Below are positions 24,586 to 37,110 of a stretch of DNA of 64,000 bases, piece by piece. How positions within the stretch are numbered: the first letter of the stretch is position 1; the number at the start of each line of letters is the position of its first letter. The position numbers and the translations under genes are program-made. The notes under the pieces are model-generated. The model was not told the origin of the DNA. It did no database searches and saw nothing but the letters and a program-made list of their open reading frames with translations. The stretch is from Eledone cirrhosa (Eukaryota): positions 125,922,001 through 125,986,000 of the forward strand of contig OZ024740.1 in assembly GCA_964016885.1 (NCBI GenBank). Direction: 5' to 3'.

Positions 24586-24753
24586 AGGAAAATCTGCTTC
24601 GTAGAATCAAGACGTATCCAAGGACCGCACAATTTCAGAGTCAGGTATGATCACCACATCTATCATGCCTCGAGCTGGTCGCCCGAGAAACAATTGTAAT
24701 ATGTCCAATAAATTCCTTTCGTCGCAACACTGATTCTCTTTTTTCTGTGATAT
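24586..24753 (+). repeat. Inverted-repeat arm A' (168 bp)
   Basis: Reverse complement of 21753-21920; contains GACGTAT-CCAAGGA...GAAACAATTGTA-ATATGTC and AATAAA. Confidence 0.9.
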
Positions 24754-24809
24754 CATACTCTGCTCTATGAGAGCATCGAGTGCTCATATGGCCTACCGCA
24801 TACAGACGC

Positions 24810-25636
24810 TAGTGAGATTGGGTTGCAGAAAGTTCAGGGAGCTACTACTGTTACTAACTACAAAAGGTTTTCCCTTGAAAATGAAAGGAAGACTGTATGA
24901 TGCATGTATACAAACAACAATGTTGCACAGCAGTGAGACCTGGGCTCTGTGTGCTGAGGACCTGTGAAGAATGGAAAAAAATGAAGCATCCATGCTTCGC
25001 TGGAGGTGCAAAAGCAATATACATGAACGACAAAGTATAAATATATTGCGTGAGAAATTAGGCAAAAGAGGGATCAGTTGTTGCGTGTAGGAGAGGAGAT
25101 TATGTTGGTATGGACATGTGATGTGTATGAAGGATGACAGCTGTATAATAATAATTGTTTCTACTTTTGGCACAAGGCCAGCAATTACCCAGTGCAGTAC
25201 TAGTACTTTATTTTATCGACCCCGTAAGGATGAAAGGCAAAGTTAACCTCGGCGAGATTTGAACTCATAATGTAAAGAGCCATAACTCTATGCTCCAAAG
25301 CATGGTGTCTGACGCTCTACCAATACTGCCAATCCACTGCCCCAGCTGTATAATAATAATAAAGTGCAGAGTGCTCAAAGTCGATGGTAGCCATGGTGTG
25401 GGCAGACCTAGGAAGACTTAGGATGAGGTAATAAAAGCTGATCTTGCACAATTACACCTCTCAAAGGCAATGACACAGGACCGCGACCACTGGCGCTATG
25501 CAGTTTTACAGAAGGCCCGCCCTCTATTATTCTTCCACTGAGGCTTAACCTAATAGGCAACACCTTCCTCAACCTTCTCTCCTCTCATTCACCTCCCTTA
25601 GCGGTAACCATACCTCCTCTACTACCCTGTCCGTGC

Positions 25637-25700
<64 letters not shown>

Positions 25701-25960
25701 GTATGTATATTATGCTGGTACCTCAAATCATCCAGCCCACACTGTAAAGTGATCGTGTAGGTGTCACAACAAAAAGCACCCAGCTCAACCTTTCAATGTG
25801 GTTGGCATTAAGAAGGGCATCCAGCCGTAGAAAACCAGCCAGAAACACTCCTATATGAGTGAGACATGGTCACTAGACCCAACTTGCCTCTAAATGGGAC
25901 AAACCCGTCTAATTCATACTAACCTGGAAGATGGATGTTAATCGAGGATGATGAGGATAT
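24810..25960 (+). mobile_element. Older 3' fragment of the same RTE family, interrupted by a SINE
   Basis: RKFRELLLLLTTKGFPLKMKGRLYDACI...HSSETW is paralogous to 23630-24120; 3' UTR and GATGATGA tail at 25735-25957. Confidence 0.85.
25152..25342 (-). mobile_element. SINE family A, TSD CAGCTGTATAATAATAAT
   Basis: Full family A sequence; 18-bp duplication at 25138 and 25343. Confidence 0.9.
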
Positions 25961-27594
25961 ATATATATATATATATGCATAGAGAGAGAGATATATATAT
26001 AGAGAGAGAGTACCTTATTTAAATCACTGAAAGGGAGATCATTAATACATACATACACATCAACTAGTAATGGGAACTCTTTAAAAGCCTACTTGTGGCA
26101 TTTATGTTAGGTGTTCTCCTGTCATGGTGGAAGCTTTCCCTCATGGAGGGACATGCATGCTATGAATAATCTTTCAGTTACCTTGAATGTACTCACACCA
26201 AATTACTCTCCCTCCATTTCTTTCTCTTCTCTTTGTGCTACAAGTATCATCAGTAGTGCAAAGTTTGCTACGTGTATGATTAATTGTTCTTGAATTTGTG
26301 ATTGTCTGCTATTGTCGTTGTGTTTGTTTTGTTTTTCTGGGCTGGTTCTGGTTATTGTAGTGCTGGTGGTTTTGCTTGTTGTGTTGGTGTCTGAGTTATG
26401 GCTGTGTATAGTGTTTGTTTGGCTGGTTTTCTAGAGTGTGTGTTGGTGAGCATGCTGGAATGGTTGAGGATGTAATTTTTTTATATTTCCTTTTTTGTTC
26501 TTTAGTCTTTTGGAGTTCCTCATCTTCCTCGCCATGAAAAGAGGATGTTGCTGTGTCTGACTCATTTGACTCATATAGGTGGTGTGTGTGTGTCAGTGTG
26601 TTTGGAAGAAGGGGTGAAGGAGAGGTGAGTTGGGAGTCCCCCTGTGGGATTTTTTATGATTCTTGCAGTAGGTTCTGTTGCTACTCTTCTATTGCTGGAT
26701 TTGCTGGTACTGATCCTACTGCTGCAGCTACTGATGCTGTTGTTGTTGTTGCTGATGTTTCTGATGTTGGTGCTGATGCTGCAGTTGTTTGTTTTGCTGT
26801 TGGTACCACTGCTGTTGTTGTGGAATTGTGGGTCCTGGCAGTGGCAGCAATGTGACCCTGTTCCATGTCTCATTTTCTATAACATTTATGACGAACAGTT
26901 CAGTAGTTTTGGCAGTCGTTGCTGTAAATGTATAGTTGTTATTGTTGATGTTATTACCATTTTTATTGTTGTTGCCATTTGTGTTATCGTTGCTGTCTGT
27001 GTTATGGTTATTCTTTATTTTTGTTTCTGTAATAGTTTTTGTTGTTGCAGTTGGTGGTTGTGTTAATGTTGTTGTTTTTTGTTGTGTTTGCCTTATTTCA
27101 TTATTCTTTTGTGTAAAAGTCTTTAAAGGAGGGAAGTTTGACTCATAATTTTCACTTTCAGAGTTGTTATTGTTGTTGTTCTTGCTGCTGCTGTCATTCT
27201 TTAAAATGTGGTTCTTTAATCTTGTGGACAGCCCACGGGGTTATTATTGCTTCTGTTGGTGGTGTCTTTAGGGGAGCTGATGACAGCGGTGACGTTGGTT
27301 GACAGCTGGCTGTTCTTCCTTTTGGAAAGAGAGCTTTTGAATACAACAGAGAAATATTTATCATGCACCACCTTATTTTGAAGAAAATTAAATGTTGTGT
27401 TCAGAAAACAAACAAGTTTAACCCATAGGAACTACAGACAGAAACAGAACTAACTAGCTCATGAAGATCCTGGTTAGCTAATTATGAAACAGTAGCAAAT
27501 ATTAAAAATATAACGTTGTATAATAATTTAACACATTTTTCTAGACATCCAACAACAACATCAACAACAACGACAATAATAATAATAATAATAA

Positions 27595-27770
27595 CTTTTT
27601 CTACTTTTGGCACAAGGCCAGCAATTATTCTAGTGCATTACTGGTACTTTATTTTATCGACCCTGTAAGGATGAAAGGCAAAGTCAACCTTAGTGGGATT
27701 TGAACTCAGAGCATAAAATGTCATAACTCCTATGCATTGTGTCTGACGCTCTACCGATACTGCCAAACCA
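27595..27770 (-). mobile_element. SINE family A (diverged) in (AAT)n
   Basis: CTACTTTTGGCACAAGGCCAGC...GGATTTGAACTCAG. Confidence 0.82.
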
Positions 27771-28599
27771 ATAATAATAGTAAAGAAGTAAAAGAAGAAA
27801 GGAGATGAGCTGCACGCAGTGTGCATTAGCAGTGAGTTTATGTTCAATTGTTGTTCTTATTTTGGCAAATTCGCTTATTCCATCTTTTGGATAAGATTAT
27901 TACATATGTGAAAGAAAGGAATCTCTTTCACAAATGGATTCGGCAAAAGACTTTTTCAAATTTTTGAAGTATTAATTTCTCAAACTTTTAAAGTACTAAT
28001 AAGCTGCACGTTTTCTAAAAATGGTGAAGAGAAAGAACAAATTAACTATACTATAGATAGTATTACCTCCCTTTCTGTTAAAATTAACTTGACAAGATAT
28101 GATAGCAGTCCCAGCATCTTCAAGGGAATAGGCAACATAAATCTATTCATAGACTGATGTTGCTGATTATGGCATTGTCAAAACAAGCAGTAGGAATCAA
28201 CAAACAAATCCAAAATGAACCACATCACCCACAACAACAACAAACCGATAAAGAAAATCCCTAACACTAACAGCAGCAATGACATCCACACCACCACTGA
28301 AGCTACTACAAATACATTTGAAAAAAAGTAACAATTTGAAACAGCACGTCCTTTAAACCCCATCAGCACTGCAACTGCATTAGCAGTAGCCCTAATAATA
28401 ATAATGGTCTCTCTATTGGCCACTAGGGCCATGCACTCCCTATCAAAAATGTGCTTTACCCTGATGACCAGGTAATTTTAGGTAGAATTCTGAACCAACA
28501 AAAATTGTTTATGGGAAAAGGAAAAATGAAAAATAATGCATCGAATTGTTTGTACTATGGTTAATCAGGAATGCATCCACCAGGAAGGGGCCAGCCTGA

Positions 28600-29330
28600 G
28601 ATCGAAGTCATCAACTTGCACAAATTCTGGATGGTCACTTGAACAGGGACTGCCCCAACGCAAGCCCTCCAAGTTCACCACCACAATCACCACAAAAAGG
28701 AAAATGTAAAATGATCAAATGGATCTGGGAAGAGTGTAAAGAAGTAATATATGCTTATTACTATGCATTAGGTAAGCAGGAGAAACACACTAAAATGTTC
28801 TTACAAAATATGGAGAACACTAAGTCTAGATAGCAGACCTTATTTGGATGAAAACAGGATAGCAAATGTTAGGAAAGATATATTAAGAAATACCAGAATC
28901 ACAGATAAGGAATTAATTGTAATCAAACACACAGTGGAAAATGATCTAAGTATAAGGCAGGAAGGAAATGAATCAAATTATGAGAGTAGCCAGTCAAAAG
29001 TCTTAATTGAATGGTTGTTATCTGACCAAATCTCACAAAGGATTGAAGAAGGCAGAAATTCTAATGAACCTGATGAAAATAACCGGGAAAGTAGGACAGC
29101 ATTAATTTGAAGACCAAGTGTTTGCTGAATAATACAGAGAGTCTATGACGAAAGTGAACAAGAAAATTCTGAATAAGCTAGCAGTTGTAAGACATAAATA
29201 TGAAGGAAAGAGAACCACTTCAAAAAGTCTTAAATATAAACCAAAATAAAAACAAATAAAAATTGGTAATCATGCAGCAAAAGGAATTATTAATGATAAT
29301 TTACAAAAGAGCCTTAAATTACCCAAATAA
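28600..29330 (+). mobile_element. N-terminal fragment of an R4/Dong-like LINE ORF
   Basis: KWIWEECKEVIYAYYYAL and DENRIANVRKDILRNTRITDKEL resemble the N-terminal block of this clade (recalled, not searched). Confidence 0.5.
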
Positions 29331-30667
29331 AGGCAAAAGCATATTCAGTTAACCATTTCGTACTGACCCATTTGAAACTACCCCTGGTTTAATGATACAA
29401 AACTGTTTGTTTTAAAGTGTTTGTATTCATTGAAAAACATTCAATTGTAATTTAATTTAAGAAACTTTGCTAAGTTCTGTTCCATAAACCAGCATATTAA
29501 TGGGAAACTTATTTATATTTCTAAATCCTTTCAAATTTTGAATTATTTTCAAAATTATTTGAAAATAAAAGGCAATGCTTATTGTAAGAAATATGGTAAT
29601 GCAAGGCATGGAAAAGTAAAAGAGTAAAGGAGTAAACAAAAAGAAACCGATTTCTTTTTAGGAAATGCTATTATACTCAAAGATCCATCGTAATCTCAAA
29701 ATTTCTCCTAAGTTTATCATTTCTATAGCTGTTCATTTCCCATCTATTTCAAGAAAGCAAGCAGAATAAATTATCTTAATATCCAATGAGGGAGTTATAC
29801 ATATTGAAAGATATAAAGTATGAAATGGATTTCATAATTCAAAATATGATTAGTTATCTAATTGTATCACGAATTTAACTATCTTCCAAAATTTGCCAAC
29901 ATGAGTTCAAACAATAATCTTGAATTGTCCATTAAATAATGCACTAAACAGCTGAATTATACTATTAATACATATCATTACACGTTGACAAAAACTGAGG
30001 AATAACAGAAACTATGTGGATGTCTATGTAAACAGATATATCAAATATGTAAACATGCAATATTATTTATGTATTTCTCTGTTGATTGAGCAAATGACGA
30101 ATACACTTAATCAATTTTTTATTCATTTTAGATTCCTTTTGAGTCATTAAAAGAATTATGTTAAAATAAGAAATGTCATCACTGTTTAATGTATATTTTC
30201 TATACTTGCATGAGTGAGACAACTGCCATGTGCTGAGGCCAAACTGATCAGGTGACTAAATCTTGAAAGTATGCTTCATTTTGACTTGATTTCTATGGCT
30301 GAATGCCCTTCCTAATCTCAACCACTTTGCAAGGTGTTCTGGTTTTTATGATTGGATGCCCTTATTCATTAAAGATAGAGACAGTAAAATATTTCTTGTA
30401 AAGCAACCTGTTAAAAGAGAGAGGACTTGTTATGCACTACATGGGAGGCCAGAAAATAATTAAGTACTTAGAAGAAAAAACTGTATGCTAATGATAAATA
30501 GAAAGAATTTAAGATTAAAATAAAACAGGAACAAAATGATTATTTACTGAAGAAGAGGCGTGGTAATTGTGAATTAGACAATTGTGGAAAATAAAATTAT
30601 AGTTCTATTTAATCTTAATATTTTTATAACCTCATTTATTTACACATTACTAAACAGTTTTGTAGTA

Positions 30668-30915
30668 GAGGTGTGTGGCCTAGTGGTAAGGGTGTTGAAC
30701 TTTCGATCATTATGTCAGGGGTTCGATTCCTGGACTTGGTTGTGTGTTGTGTTTTGAGTAAAACACTTCATTTCAGGTTACTCCACTATTCTCAGGTGAA
30801 AATTAGTACCAGCTGTAACTGGGGGTGTAAGGGGGAAGTCTTGTACTCTCAGTCACCTCACACCATAGAAACCAGGATAACCAGCAGCCTCATGAGGTTC
30901 CCTGCTTGAGATAAA
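30668..30915 (+). mobile_element. tRNA-derived SINE, family B
   Basis: A box TGGCCTAGTGG, B box GGTTCGATTCC, central TTGAGTAAAACACTTCATTTCA block shared with the 36313 and 50843 copies. Confidence 0.75.
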
Positions 30916-31039
30916 CTTTAGAATTTTTGAAAACGTTTTGTACACATGAACATCTTTTGGATGCATTTAAATAAACATTATCTATTGATTGATCTATTGT
31001 TTCGTTGGTACACACAATTATACATTATATTTGTTTCCT

Positions 31040-32930
31040 GTATGCTGATGTCCTAGTCTTTGTACCTGAATCTGTGGAAGCAAAATTCCACATATGGAAG
31101 AAAAACCTAGAATAAAAAGGTCAAAAAATAAACTTAGTGAAGACTAAAGTATTAATAGGTATGAAAGATGACAGGAACCTTATATCATCAAGGAATGGCC
31201 TTGTTTTATACTTTTGAAAAATCTGGGAGATATTTTACATGATTTAAACAGTGTAGTCTATAGACACATAAGAGATGTGGGTTTACCAGCAGGTTAACAG
31301 AGAAGATAGACTTTAAATACAGTAGATGTACTGGAGAAGCACTAAGAGTACACTTGAAATAGTTTGCCTCAATTGCCTGGGAGGTTCTATAGATGTAGTT
31401 GACTGTTTTTCTTAACAAGTTGACCTAATCAGCAGTGGAAGAGCAAGCACTAAAGTATGGTTGCCAGAGTAAGAACAGGCTGGAAGAAGTTTAAGGAGCT
31501 AGTACCTCTGCTGACAACCAAGGCTGTATGATACCTGTATGATGCGTGTATGCAAATTGCAATAATTGTTTCTACTTTAGGCACAAGGCCAGCAAAATAC
31601 ACAGCAGTGAGACATGGGCCTTGACAGCAGATAGAAATGTAGAAGGCACACTTCAGTAGGTGTATAATGTTGCATGAAAAAACAGTAGCATAAGCACACT
31701 GAGGAGAAAGCTCTATATGAAAGGAGACTGATGCAGTGTGCAAGAGAGAAAGCTGTGATGGTGTGGATATGTAATGCACATGGAAGGTGACAGCTGCATA
31801 AAGAAATGTAGAGATATCTCAGCAGATGGAACCCATAGAAGAGGTAGAGCAAGGGAAGCAAGAGATGAAGTAGTTAAAAACTGACCTCAGGAAGCTGAAG
31901 CTCATGACAGAGATGAAAAGGTACTACAACGATTAGGAATACATAGTACTAAAGAAACCAGGCCTACCATCATAAAAATGCCCTGAGCCCCTGTCCCGTC
32001 AGTCCTTAGAAACTATTCTCAACATTACTGTACGCACCCCACTCTACACATGATCAACCCATCCCTCCTCATACTATCATCACTGCATCAAATTCCACCA
32101 CATCTGTCTTACACTCATGCCATACTTTCTCAACTATCTCTTACATCTCCAATGAAAGTTACACGCCTGTCATATACTATGATATTGAAATATTCACTTT
32201 CCTCTTTTGTGACTCACCTATGATATACATATAATTCTTTCTTAATTCTCCCAAACCATTCTCACTCTATAAACCCCTCTCCCCCCACACACACATGCAC
32301 GCCCAAAGAATAGAGTGGCCCCTCAATAAAGTCACAAAACGTCAATCACAAAACGTCACAGGTGTTGGTGCCATGATATAACGGACCCAGCACACCATGT
32401 AAAGTGGTTGATGCTAATGAAGGCTTTCAGCCATAGAAACCATGCTAAAAATAACCTCCAGTCATGACATTCTAACCTCTATAGGGCTGATGTCAGAAAA
32501 AAATGCACCCAGTACACCCTGTAATGTGGTAGCTGATAGGTGATAGGAAGGGCATCCAGCAGTAGAAGTGATGTTTAAAAAGGTTTGAAAGGACTTAGTT
32601 GTGTCAAAGCACAATTATCTTTCTAGTGCTGGTGATCTACGTGATAAATGCACCAGAACACTTTGTAAAGTCTTTGGTGATAGGAACAACATCCATCTAT
32701 ACAAAACCTGCAACAAAAGAGCCAGGCAAACATTTCAGCAACCTCCCTAACAGAATAAAATGCACTCAGAATAAAATGCACTCAGTGAACTTTGTAAAGC
32801 AATAATTGTAAACAAGATATCATCCCTTGGTGCAACTGAGAGGTCAGTAGCTCTGGTTATGTATTGATTGGTCGTTGATAACCTGTCCAACTCATACTAG
32901 CATGGAAAATTAGTGTTAAATGATCCTGAT
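31040..32930 (+). mobile_element. Old decayed RTE fragment plus multiplied 3' UTR units
   Basis: LYADVLV, RVRTGWKKFKELVPLL and HKRCG remnants; several GCACCCAG..CAC..TGTAAAGTGG units at 32380-32800. Confidence 0.7.
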
Positions 32931-34159
32931 TCACTGTGCCTATAGAATTGACAACACCACTGCCCTTACATCAAGCCACTTCCCCCACTAACTGACTACA
33001 AATCACTCCTCAGCTACCACTCTTCTACCTTGTCCCTGCAGAAGACAATCTCTCTCTACCAGTACCTATAGTTAGATCCTTCCATGTACACTATTTTTCC
33101 CTCCTGCCCCTCCTCTCTTCTACTTGCACATGCAACATTATGAGGTTCTTCCTCTGCAGGTCCATTTCTTGCCTCAACTCCTCTCCTGGACCCCCCCCCC
33201 CTGATCCCAATGCTACCCCCCCCCCCCCCCCCCATGCAGCTTCATCATCCACACCATCACCCTCATCAAGCACAATGGCTGCTCATTTAATGTTGGGCAT
33301 CCCTTCCCTTCAGCAGCACCTCTTCAGGCCTTGCCTATGGGCAATGTTACACTCTATGTAAGGCTTTCTACATTGGACAAACAGACCATCAATTGGCTAA
33401 CCAATTCACAGAGCATCTGGGTTGACAATCCATCTCTGGTTTCCCAACATCTCCATTCTGCCAGACATTCCGCATGCCTGACTCCTGTCTCAGATCCTGC
33501 ACTGGATCTGTAGATTCATGCTGACACAGGGTATAGCAGCTTATTTTTCTCTATAAATATTTACCCCCATGGTCTGGATGCTTCAACAGTCATCCTTTAA
33601 TCTACTTTTCTAACTGCACTATTTCTATGTCTCCTACATGTACTCACCAACACACATGCCCATCTCTGCTCCAAATGGAAATACATACATACATACTTAG
33701 ATGTATTACTCATACAATAAAACACTTTAACACATAAACTAATAAACTGACACGTAGAAACACATACTCTCACAAATACAAATCAGCACATGTATTCACA
33801 CATGCATTCTCACTTAACATCGTATATTGTTGTATTGCTATGGTTATATAATTGTCATTATATGTTTATTTCCACTCAGGTTATTTCACCTTTTGGAGTT
33901 AGGTTATATATATTTTTCATATTTGTATTTACATTTGATACACTCATACACACCTCATGCATATACGATGTTAATGCCCCCCAGGCATACATAAACACAT
34001 TCTTGAAAAATGTATGAACCACTCCAACAACACATTCACAAGAAAAATTAAATAAAACGCATGAACTCTATATATAGAGAGAGAATGCTTTTCTGTAGAG
34101 GAATGAAAGAGACCACAGTTAAATAAGGTACTCATTTCATTAAGTAAAGAGTGTACACA

Positions 34160-34327
34160 CCGTATTTCCTGTTGTCGAAGATGCTACTTTTTTCCTAAAA
34201 TAAGTCTTAAAAAATCTACCATGCATCCTGGAGACCGAAGGTTTTTATTATTTTTCTCAAAATTTTTGGTTGTCAAAATAAGGGTGTGTCCTCGAGGACA
34301 AAATGTCTTCAATGCCGGGAAATACGG
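34160..34327. mobile_element. Tc1/pogo (Tigger-like) MITE
   Basis: TIRs CCGTATTTCCTG...CGGGAAATACGG; TA on the right, CA on the left (degenerate TA TSD). Confidence 0.65.
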
Positions 34328-35126
34328 TAATTTATGGAAATGACCTTTTCTCACTAGTACTGTTTCAGTTGGATGATGAGAGATAAAGAGAGTGAGATTC
34401 ACACACACATATATATATAAGTGGACATTTATGTATGTTGGTATATAAATATATATGTATTTACATGCACTGACATATATTCTTATCATGAAAATACAGA
34501 GTTTTACATTTGTATTTATAAAATTAATCAAACGCATCTAGCTGTGGAGATACTTTTATACATAGGAAAATAAAAACGCACATACTTCCATATGTCCTTA
34601 CTGTATGAGTTGTTGGTTGTTTGAAGTTATATTGAATTTAACATAACTCTAATCGAATAATATTATCTGATGTTGACATTTGGGTGTGAAGAACACTTCT
34701 TTGTGTGTGTGTGCACCCACATGCATGCATGCATATAGACAGGGTTGTTCTTGCTTTGCAATAATTCCATTTTAACTTAAAGCTTTAAACCTTCTATATT
34801 ATATTGATCGAATATCATACCTCTTCTTCAAATGATGTAAGAATTCAACTTCCTTGATTTAAAGTGATGCAGTATCAGCTCTTTCTATGTATATGTATAT
34901 CAATAGCAGAGTGTGTTTTTTCATGCATTCATATGTACATACACATATTTATATAAAATATGATTGCTTTTGATTTGCTCACATATATGATCACCTTTTG
35001 CACCCTTCTTTATATATCTTAAATATGCAGTGCCTCTTTATCATGGGCTTTCAAGATGACAGTCATACATCAATATGGCAAGACCTAAGAACAAGTGGTC
35101 CTTCAACATATATATATATATATATA

Positions 35127-35333
35127 TGGTGGCTGCCAACTCGTTTTCGAGTACGGCCACTACTTTATATCCATGTAGGAGAACCCCTACCGATGCGCTG
35201 AACGAGTATGACTTTTTAGTCCAGCCAGCGACTTGAAACCTCTGGTACAAACACTACACTTGTGACAATTATTGACACATAGTGCTGGGCCCATGGTACC
35301 ATGTGACGACAAGTGCAGAGAGATCTCCAGATA
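35127..35333 (-). repeat. Interspersed repeat, near-identical inverted copy of 59313-59520
   Basis: TGGTGGCTGCCAACTCGTTTTCGAG...GAGATCTCCAGATAT; only about 3 differences seen. A diverged longer relative lies at 35415-35940. Confidence 0.85.
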
Positions 35334-36312
35334 TGTATGTTTGTATGTATATATATATATATATATCTATATATCTATATATATATATATATATATACAT
35401 ACAAACATACATAATAGCTGCAACTCGATTTTGAGTAATGCCGTTGCTTGATCCTTAAGCACGAGCATCACGGATGTGGCTTTTTAGTCCTGCAAGGGAC
35501 TTGCCTGTGGCTAGCAATACCATGCATCACAAAAAATGTCACATATCAAGTGATGAATGCGCTTGAAGCTTTTTTAAGTGAGAAAAGGCTTTGCACGTGG
35601 CCACTCTCTCTGAACATTGAATGTATTTGTCCAAAAAGAAGAACTGGTATGCAACATTGGATGCAAACAAAATCACAGGTTTTATATCAGAGTTATCTTC
35701 TCCTAGAGAGATGTCTTAATGAAGACTAGGGGTCTCTTGCTGCACAAAAAAACCCTATTGGATGGCCATTGACTCTCCTGAGATCATCCACCCTTTGATG
35801 GGTTTTATTTTTCATCCTGAAGGGTGTCCAAAATTACTCTCCTCACCAAGCAAGCTTGGTGTGGTTTCCAGTCACTGACAACCCAACCATGCACAGGTTG
35901 CACTGAGTTACATGTTACCAGTAGTGCTGAAGAGTGACCTGACACATATATACATACATACATGCAGGCAGGCATGCAGGCATGCATGGATACATATATA
36001 CATACATATATACATATATGGAGAGAGAGAATCATAGAAAAAAAATAGAGATAGAAACAGGGAACGAGGGGAAACTATTGAGAGAGAGAAAAAGAGAGCA
36101 GAAGTAAGAATTGAAGAGACAACTGTTTAATTTTACATTTGTCTGAAGTTTTGATACTTTCTTAAATTTTATATGCAATAAATATACAATAATCTTGATA
36201 GAGTCATGTTATATTTTATTTTATGAGTGCATAACGCTCCTTATCAATAATTTGTTAAGTTAAGTATTATTTAAAAATGGCACTTTGTGAAAAATAATTA
36301 GAATTTTAAAGT

Positions 36313-36630
36313 AGCATAGCTTAATGGTTAGGATTATAATGTTGTTGGTTCAATTCCTGGACAGGCTGCTGTAATGTGTTCTTGAGCAAAACATTTTATT
36401 TCATGTTGTTGCAGTACACTCAGCTGAGACAAGTACTAGCAGTAGCTGGGGAGTTAAACCTGCAATAAACTGCCGTCCTATGCAGGAAGAATCTTGTACT
36501 TGACCTATGCAGGGAGAGTTTTGTACTTGTCCTATCCAGAGAGAGTTTGGTATTTTCAGTCATGTGATGCCCAAGAAACTGGGGATTAGTGCCAACCTGA
36601 TGAGCCTTTATCTTAGAATGGGCTTTAACT
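36313..36630 (+). mobile_element. SINE family B with an internal ~27-bp x3 tandem repeat
   Basis: TAGCTTAATGG / GGTTCAATTCC boxes; CCTATGCAGG..AG..TTTGTACTTG repeated at 36477-36557. Confidence 0.7.
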
Positions 36631-37068
36631 TGAAGAGGCTTATAACTCCTAAGTCAGTAAGAATTGAGTATCAGTGAATTGGTGAAGAGGGGATTGTTCA
36701 CCTACAAACTGGGAATTGAGCTTGGTTCAGTCCATTGGGGTACGGATTAGATTTATTCTATTGAATCCTACCTTTCCTTGGCATCACTAAACTAGCAATG
36801 ATGCAGAAGGCAAATAATTTGTTAGCAAAATTATGGCAGCATAATTTTTCCTTAGCCCAATCTGACAAGTTCCACCCCACTTGGTAAGTGAATGAGGTCT
36901 GGGATCTTGTCCATCAAACTCTATGCTATTCTTCCTCAATCATTGCAGATTTACTTTAAACTGATCAACTAACCTCCAGTTTTTCTTTCTATATAAAATA
37001 TCCTTAAAGTTGATGCAAATTCTAAAAAATATTCCCCAAATCTAGCTCACAGATAGATTGAGACTTAC

Positions 37069-37110
37069 CTGTAAGAAAGTTATAAATGTGATGTAGAAAG
37101 AATGAAAGTT
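37069..37110 (-). other. Candidate 42-nt exon, or recursive splice site at 37069/37068
   Basis: Branch-like TTAAC, ~30-nt pyrimidine tract, AATAG|42 nt ending TTTCTTACAG|GTAAGT (perfect donor). Confidence 0.45.

Noticed and set aside
26553-27148. Hydrophobic or Ser/Thr-rich ORFs (also 13969-14310)
   Set aside because: Degenerate (GTT/GCT)n sequence, probably TE-derived, with no domain.
30668-30745. tRNA-like A/B boxes, also at the heads of SINE A
   Set aside because: There is no cloverleaf and the sequence continues into a SINE body, so these are not tRNA genes.
32210-32225. Minus-strand TAG|GTGAGT as a recursive site
   Set aside because: There is no pyrimidine tract and it lies inside an RTE remnant.
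33091-33361. Gly/Pro-rich ORFs
   Set aside because: They are caused by poly-C runs.
34815-34885. Minus-strand GAG|GTATGA donor with a short upstream segment
   Set aside because: The acceptor is weak and all three frames contain stops.
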